Shown: positions 58,497 through 64,000 of the stretch, one piece after another | Layout: each line of letters starts with the position of its first letter | How positions within the stretch are numbered: the stretch's first letter is position 1 | Assembly: GCA_048886685.1 (NCBI GenBank) | Contig: JBHLKM010000014.1 | Span: forward strand, 1-64,000 | Direction of reading: 5' to 3' | Length of the DNA: 64,000 bases | DNA from: Candidatus Hodarchaeota archaeon | GTDB taxonomy: Archaea; Asgardarchaeota; Lokiarchaeia; Sigyniarchaeales; SOKP01 | Notes under the pieces: generated by a model | Database searches by the model: none | What the model saw: the letters and a program-made list of their open reading frames with translations, nothing else | Told to the model about the DNA's origin: nothing | Position numbers and translations under genes: made by a program

Positions 58497-58512
58497 ACTA
58501 AGAAAAGATAAA

Positions 58513-59676
58513 CTAGAATTTTCTAATACCATCTATTTCAGAAAATTCCTCTTCCGTGAAAAAATCTTTCTCGGATGGCGGATAATGTATAATCTCATTT
58601 CCGTCATTATTAAATTGTTTTACAAATTCTCGTCCATCCTTATCAATATAGACTTTTCCTGAATTAATCAGCATATTATAAAGTTCTTTTCTTTTTTTAG
58701 GATCAGCAACACAGATGAAATTACAGTTCCCACATCTGGGATTTGTATTGGAAAATGGACGAAGTCCTACATTTTCAAGTACTCCCACATTAGCAAAGGA
58801 TTTTGCAATTGTCTGGTTGAATTTTCGAATATTCTCAGGTGTATCCTTATCTGACAAAATTTTCATAAAGAGGTTCCTTCGAAAGTCACTGTTCCGCCAC
58901 TCTTCTTCTGGAATATTTTTCAAACTTACATGACCAGGAGTCCAAGTACTCCAAGAACCATCCTCAGAAAGCCCATACCACCCAGCACAGCCTATTCCAC
59001 ATTGAGAAAAGGTACCTCTTTTTGCATAGATTTCTTTAAATCCACCAATAATTACTGGTTGCATATCTTCTTGTTCATTTTCAGAAAAATATCCTGTTGT
59101 ACATACTTTAGTGCAGATTTTACATTTATTACAATAATTTTTTTCAGCCATTGGGTCTGGTTCAAGAGGTGCTGTAGTCAATACTCCACCCAGGTAAAGA
59201 GATCCCCCATATTCTTTTGTTACTAAATTTCCTGACCATCCTAGATGACCTAATCCTGCGGCTACAGCTCCATACCTCAATGAAAAGTCAGGATATCGTA
59301 TATCTCCCATAATATAGTCAGGAATATCTTCCCTTGGCCTATATTTCGCATTTGGTATCACTGGAAATGCTATGTAATCTGAATTTTTTTCGATGAATTC
59401 TGAGATAATTAAAGCTGTTCTCCATGAACCAGCATATCCAATCTGCTGTGCTTTTTTAATACTCATTCTTTCTTTCTTTGCAAAATAATTCTCAAGTGCT
59501 TCAATAGGATTTGGATATGCCCATATTATACAGCTCTGGCTACCTGGTAAACAATAATCCATATTTCCAGATGGAGGTGCCTCTTTTAGGCGTTCTTGGC
59601 TACCAACTCCTATTAATTTTGCACCCTCATTAAACGCAATTTGCTTTATTTTATCTTTAAGCTCTTTTAGATTCAT
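58513..59676 (-). CDS. Epoxyqueuosine-reductase/reductive-dehalogenase-like cobalamin Fe-S protein
   Basis: AVAAGLGHLGWSGNLVT-x2-YG, LTTAPL, CNKCKICTKVC, CGNCNFIC. Confidence 0.75.
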   Translation of the reverse strand: MNLKELKDKIKQIAFNEGAKLIGVGSQERLKEAPPSGNMDYCLPGSQSCIIWAYPNPIEALENYFAKKERMSIKKAQQIGYAGSWRTALIISEFIEKNSDYIAFPVIPNAKYRPREDIPDYIMGDIRYPDFSLRYGAVAAGLGHLGWSGNLVTKEYGGSLYLGGVLTTAPLEPDPMAEKNYCNKCKICTKVCTTGYFSENEQEDMQPVIIGGFKEIYAKRGTFSQCGIGCAGWYGLSEDGSWSTWTPGHVSLKNIPEEEWRNSDFRRNLFMKILSDKDTPENIRKFNQTIAKSFANVGVLENVGLRPFSNTNPRCGNCNFICVADPKKRKELYNMLINSGKVYIDKDGREFVKQFNNDGNEIIHYPPSEKDFFTEEEFSEIDGIRKF

Positions 59677-59803
59677 AAATATCAGAGACGAATATCAGTT
59701 TTTTATGTTAAATATTTATTTTCTTAAGATTTTTAATTTTTTGCTTAATTTGAGTATATATTGTGATTAAATTCTATTTCAATATTTAGGTGGATAAATT
59801 TAT

Positions 59804-60970
59804 ATGAATCCTATATCAAAAAGTCTAGATTTTTTTCAAGAATCTGTAATTAGAGAAATGACGAGGAAAGCTATCGAAAATAATGCGATCAACCTTTCTC
59901 AGGGAATGCCGGATTTTTCCCCTCCTTTAGAACTTATAAAAGGTATAGAAATAGGAATTGAGGAAGAGGAGCATCAATACTCGGTTACATATGGTAGAGT
60001 TGATTTACGAGAAAAAATAGCTAGGAAACTTCAAGACTACAATAAAATAATAGTTGATCCCTATAATGAAATTACAATAACATGTGGTGCCAGTGAAGCA
60101 ATTGCTTCAAGCATCTTTGCCATTACAAATCCAGGAGATGAGATTTTAATTCTTGAGCCTTGGTATGAAAATTATGTTCCAATAACATATCTAGCTCAAG
60201 GCAAACCTGTTTTTGTCTCTTTAGCAGAAGATACTTATAATGTTGATGAGGAACGATTAAAAAATAGCATTACGAGAAACACCAAAGCGATAATTGTAAA
60301 TTCACCTCATAATCCTACTGGCAAGGTATTCTCTTCAGAAGACTTCAAAACAATCTCAGACTTGTGTATAGACTATGATATCGTCGCAATAACAGATGAG
60401 ATATATGAATATATTTTATTTGACAACCTAAAACATCAAAGTATTGGTAGTTTTGACTCTATGCATGAAAAAACCATCACGGTTAGTGGTTTTAGTAAAA
60501 CATTTTCAGTAACAGGATGGAGGATTGGTTATGTAGCAGCAAATAAAGAGTTGATGGAAGGTATCAGAAAAGTTCATGATTACCTTACTGTTTGTGCTCC
60601 CTCATTATTGCAATATGCATCGTTAAATGCTTTTACTTTAGATTCTTCATATTTCAATAACCTTAGGAATAGATATCAAACGAATCGAGACTATTTTTAT
60701 AACCAACTTACAAAAATAGGAATGCAGGTGTTTAAACCAGAAGGTGCTTATTATATGTTTGCTAATATTTCTCAATTTGGCATGGATGATTTAGAATTTT
60801 CAGATTTTTTAGTAAAAGATGAGGGTGTTGCGGTGGTTCCAGGATCCAGTTTTTATGATGGTAAATATAAAAATAGAAATCCGGGATCTGATTATGTTAG
60901 GTTTTCAATTTCACAAAAATTAGAAACATTAAAACAAGCTATAGTGCGAATTGAGACAAAACTAATTTGA
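59804..60970 (+). CDS. PLP-dependent aminotransferase class I/II
   Basis: INLSQG-x-PDF, NSPHNPTG, DEIY, SKTFSVTGWRIG. Confidence 0.92.
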   Translation: MNPISKSLDFFQESVIREMTRKAIENNAINLSQGMPDFSPPLELIKGIEIGIEEEEHQYSVTYGRVDLREKIARKLQDYNKIIVDPYNEITITCGASEAIASSIFAITNPGDEILILEPWYENYVPITYLAQGKPVFVSLAEDTYNVDEERLKNSITRNTKAIIVNSPHNPTGKVFSSEDFKTISDLCIDYDIVAITDEIYEYILFDNLKHQSIGSFDSMHEKTITVSGFSKTFSVTGWRIGYVAANKELMEGIRKVHDYLTVCAPSLLQYASLNAFTLDSSYFNNLRNRYQTNRDYFYNQLTKIGMQVFKPEGAYYMFANISQFGMDDLEFSDFLVKDEGVAVVPGSSFYDGKYKNRNPGSDYVRFSISQKLETLKQAIVRIETKLI

Positions 60971-61020
60971 AAATTAAGTGTCTATTCTTATTTTTATAAA
61001 TTCCTATTATTTAATCTCAT

Positions 61021-61140
61021 ATGCCAGAAGAGGCAATTAATAACAAGCAAAATTATAGAGTTATAATATATCATGGTCACCTCCACAAAATTCCTATAGA
61101 TGAGAACACAGAAGAATTTCAAGAGAAAAAACTGGTTTTA
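61021..61140 (+). CDS. Possible 39-aa small protein
   Basis: ATG...TAA ORF MPEEAINNKQNYRVIIYHGHLHKIPIDENTEEFQEKNWF; protein-like composition. Confidence 0.35.
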
Positions 61141-61240
61141 AAAGAAGAGTCAATTAAATGATACAATTTATAAAAAATCTCATTATCTTTTTATATATTA
61201 GAAGAACCTAATAAATTAATCATTTTTATCTCTAAATTGA

Positions 61241-61810
61241 TTGTATATGGATATGAATAAATCAAGGAAAAGAGAAATTAAAGGAAATCTCTTAAGTCCT
61301 TTACCAGTTGTTTTGGTAGGCGCTCTGGTTAATAAAAAACCGAATTACCTTGTGATAGGATATATATGTCCTTTCGACTTCGGGAGATATATATTCTTTA
61401 GTCTATACAAGAAGCGGTACACTAGGATTGGTATTCATGAAAATATGACTTTTAGTGTAAATGTCCCAAATGAAGATATTTTAGCTGAAACAGATATTTG
61501 TGGCAGCAAGTCTGGTCATGATTTCGATAAATCTTCAATCTTTAACACTTTTTATGGAGAATTACAAACGGCTCCTATGATAAGCGAATGTCCTGTGAAC
61601 ATAGAGTGTAGAGTAGCTGAAATTCTCGATTACGACCCTAATGAAGGTATCATAGGTGAAGTTATTAAATCATATGCAAATCCTCATTGCTTAACGGGTG
61701 ATAAACTAGATTGGAGAAAAATTCATCCTATTATATGGGCAACGGGAGGTGATTTTAATTATTATCAACTTGGTAAAAGAATTGTACCAGAAGAAGTTGA
61801 AAAGGATTAA
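61241..61810 (+). CDS. Flavin reductase-like (flavoredoxin) protein
   Basis: P-x-PVVLV, FSVN, CGSKSG, APMI-x-ECPVNIEC. Confidence 0.88.
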   Translation: MYMDMNKSRKREIKGNLLSPLPVVLVGALVNKKPNYLVIGYICPFDFGRYIFFSLYKKRYTRIGIHENMTFSVNVPNEDILAETDICGSKSGHDFDKSSIFNTFYGELQTAPMISECPVNIECRVAEILDYDPNEGIIGEVIKSYANPHCLTGDKLDWRKIHPIIWATGGDFNYYQLGKRIVPEEVEKD

Positions 61811-61871
61811 ATGACATCTTTCATTTTTTGGGATTATTAAAATTGATTATAAACATATGAGGATTTTTTAA

Positions 61872-62375
61872 ATGGGTGAAAGCGAGCAGATTAAATTGTT
61901 AAAGGACAGAAGAAGTATAAGAAGTTATGAATCAAAGCCTATTGATGATGATATTTTAACTAATATTCTTGATACAGCTAGATGGTGTATGAGTGCTAGA
62001 AATAGGCAACCATGGACTTTTTACGTCATTAGAAATAGAGAATTAATTGAAAAAATTGCTAAGGAATGCACTACTGGCCCTTTTGCTTCAGGAGCACCTC
62101 TATTGATAGCAATTGTTGGAGACAAGGAATTATCGCCAAATTGGTATCTTCATGATACATGTTTTGTTTCATTACAATTAGCTTTAGCTGCGTGGTCATA
62201 TGGTATTGGAACATGCTGGATTGGTAGGATAAACCGAGATAATGTAAAAAGTCTACTAAATCTTAAAGAAAGTGATGATTTATTAACTGTTCTTCCATTA
62301 GGATATCCAAAGGGAGCAATCCCTAAGCCAAGGCCTCGAAAACCATTAGAAGAAATCGTTAAATATATAGATTAA
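61872..62375 (+). CDS. Nitroreductase family protein
   Basis: RRSIRSY, SARNRQPW, GIGTCWIG, LGYP, RPRK. Confidence 0.92.
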   Translation: MGESEQIKLLKDRRSIRSYESKPIDDDILTNILDTARWCMSARNRQPWTFYVIRNRELIEKIAKECTTGPFASGAPLLIAIVGDKELSPNWYLHDTCFVSLQLALAAWSYGIGTCWIGRINRDNVKSLLNLKESDDLLTVLPLGYPKGAIPKPRPRKPLEEIVKYID

Positions 62376-62462
62376 TTCTTATTTCAACATCTTTTTTTTC
62401 AAAACTTCTAAGTAGAAGTAGTGTAAGCATTATAAATCGATAAATCCTATTAATAATGAAAA

Positions 62463-63449
62463 TTAATATTTTTTCAAAATTTCATTAAACACTGATTCTT
62501 CAATATTACCGCCACTTATCACCGCTACTACATTTTTACTTAGGAACTTTTGTTTTTTCTCGAGGATATGAGCAACGACCGTGGCTCCAGCCCCTTCAAC
62601 GATTTGACCTTCATTCTCCCACAAAAGGTAGATTGCTTTTTCAACACTATCCTCCTTTACCAACACAATCTCATCTACACATTTTTTTATTATCTCAAAA
62701 GTAATGGCATCAGATTCAAGCCCACCTAACAGTCCCTCTGCTATAGTATTAAATTCTTCGATGTCTACGATTTTACCAACTTTCCAAGATTCATACATAG
62801 TTGAGGCTCCTTTAGTTTGAACACCAATTATTTCAATATTTGGATTTAGGGATTTAGCAGTGAAAGCGATTCCAGAGATTAAGCCGCCCCCTCCGATGGG
62901 GACAATTATTATATCTACATTTTTAAGATCCTTATAAATTTCAAGAGCTATTGTTCCCTGACCCGTTATAATATTAATATCATTATACGGACTAATATAA
63001 GTTATATTCTCTTTTATAGACAAGTTCCTTGCTTTTGTCTCAATTTCATTGAAGTCTCCTTCTTGAATGATAGATACATCGTATTTTTTGATTTTATTTA
63101 ATTTAACTTCAGAAATATTAATAGGAACTACGATTTTAGCAGGGATTCCTAAATGTTGTGCTGCTAATCCTATTCCTTGAGCGTGATTTCCCGATGAGGC
63201 TGTAATAATTCCATGTATCTTTTCATTGGAACTCAACTGTAACATACGGTTTAAGGCTCCACGAATTTTAAAAGCATTAGTGAGTTGTAAATTTTCCAAC
63301 TTCAAATAAACATTACTATGACATAATTTACTAAAATATCCTGAATGAATGAGAGGAGTTTTTCTAATAAATCCTTTAATCTTTTGATGAGCTTTTTTAA
63401 TTGCTTCTAAAGTTAAATCATTCATTTTTATATTTCCTAATCTCTTCAA
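62463..63449 (-). CDS. Threonine/serine dehydratase (catalytic domain only)
   Basis: KLENLQ-x-TNAFKIRGA, SSGNHAQG, GGGGL, SGGN. No ACT domain. Confidence 0.9.
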   Translation of the reverse strand: MKRLGNIKMNDLTLEAIKKAHQKIKGFIRKTPLIHSGYFSKLCHSNVYLKLENLQLTNAFKIRGALNRMLQLSSNEKIHGIITASSGNHAQGIGLAAQHLGIPAKIVVPINISEVKLNKIKKYDVSIIQEGDFNEIETKARNLSIKENITYISPYNDINIITGQGTIALEIYKDLKNVDIIIVPIGGGGLISGIAFTAKSLNPNIEIIGVQTKGASTMYESWKVGKIVDIEEFNTIAEGLLGGLESDAITFEIIKKCVDEIVLVKEDSVEKAIYLLWENEGQIVEGAGATVVAHILEKKQKFLSKNVVAVISGGNIEESVFNEILKKY

Positions 63450-63548
63450 TTTCTAAATTAACATCATTTTAGATAGTATTTTTATTAGAATCAAATTATT
63501 TAAGAATGGATTTAATAATAATGATATCACATAAAAAAAAATAACAAT

Positions 63549-64000
63549 ATGTTAGATAAGATATGGAATCTTCGTGATTATGTTTAAAAAATTGAAGATA
63601 CTAAAGAGGAAATAATAAATCACTTAAAATCCATTAAAGATCTGGATGATTCAACTAGAAATATATGGACTGCTGACGTTAAGGAATTTTTCCATAATGC
63701 TGTTTCTGCTTGGGAAGTACTTACAGCGATTACAGAAGGGGAACCTGATTTGAAAAACGTTGACAATTCAAAAAGTTTCTTATGTGCTGCCAGAAATCGC
63801 CTTTCTCAAATAATGAGTGAACTCAAAATGTTTCATAGTAAAGAACCGTCAATTCTTATTGAAAAGATTAAAACAGCTTTTAAAGAATGTTGGGACTCGT
63901 TTTGGATTGTTTTTAAGAGTTTATTACCTGAAAAAGAATTTGTGAAGCCTAAAAAAAGAGTGATTAAAGTATCTGATTTAGAATATCACCTTCCTTGTTC
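63549..64000 (+). pseudogene. Hypothetical gene with an in-frame TAA at codon 13, running off the window end
   Basis: MLDKIWNLRDYV*KIEDTKEEIINHLK... then open to 64000. Confidence 0.5.

Noticed and set aside
199-59226. Many 60-110 aa ORFs antisense to or nested within long genes
   Set aside because: Shadow ORFs with no recognisable motifs

Overview
AT-rich archaeal genomic segment. The gene content points to Asgard archaea, most likely Lokiarchaeia: a Rab-like small GTPase without a CAAX tail, an archaeal proteasome alpha subunit, RFC, TFB, PolB2, grpE-dnaK-dnaJ and many lipid/acyl-CoA enzymes. It holds about 55 CDSs, and I found no rRNA, tRNA, CRISPR array or transposase. The most striking unexplained signal is a ~295-nt, densely base-paired, pseudoknotted RNA candidate on the minus strand (about 1635 to 1340). 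It has its own TATA box, sits just downstream of polB2, and shows none of the SRP, RNase P or riboswitch signatures I looked for. Other highlights: (1) a split PolB2/small partner/inactive RadA module with PIP-like tails and a shared upstream motif; (2) a 1757-aa modular helical-repeat protein beside a Rab-like GTPase and psmA; (3) a CdrS-like RHH gene missed by the ORF track, with an apparent ATT start, near a perfect 22-bp palindrome; (4) a three-gene RFC operon with an Rfc5-like degenerate subunit; (5) a receiver domain fused to a longin-like domain; (6) a divergent TFB at the end of the dnaK operon. All calls are by eye from motifs; no database searches or folding programs were run.
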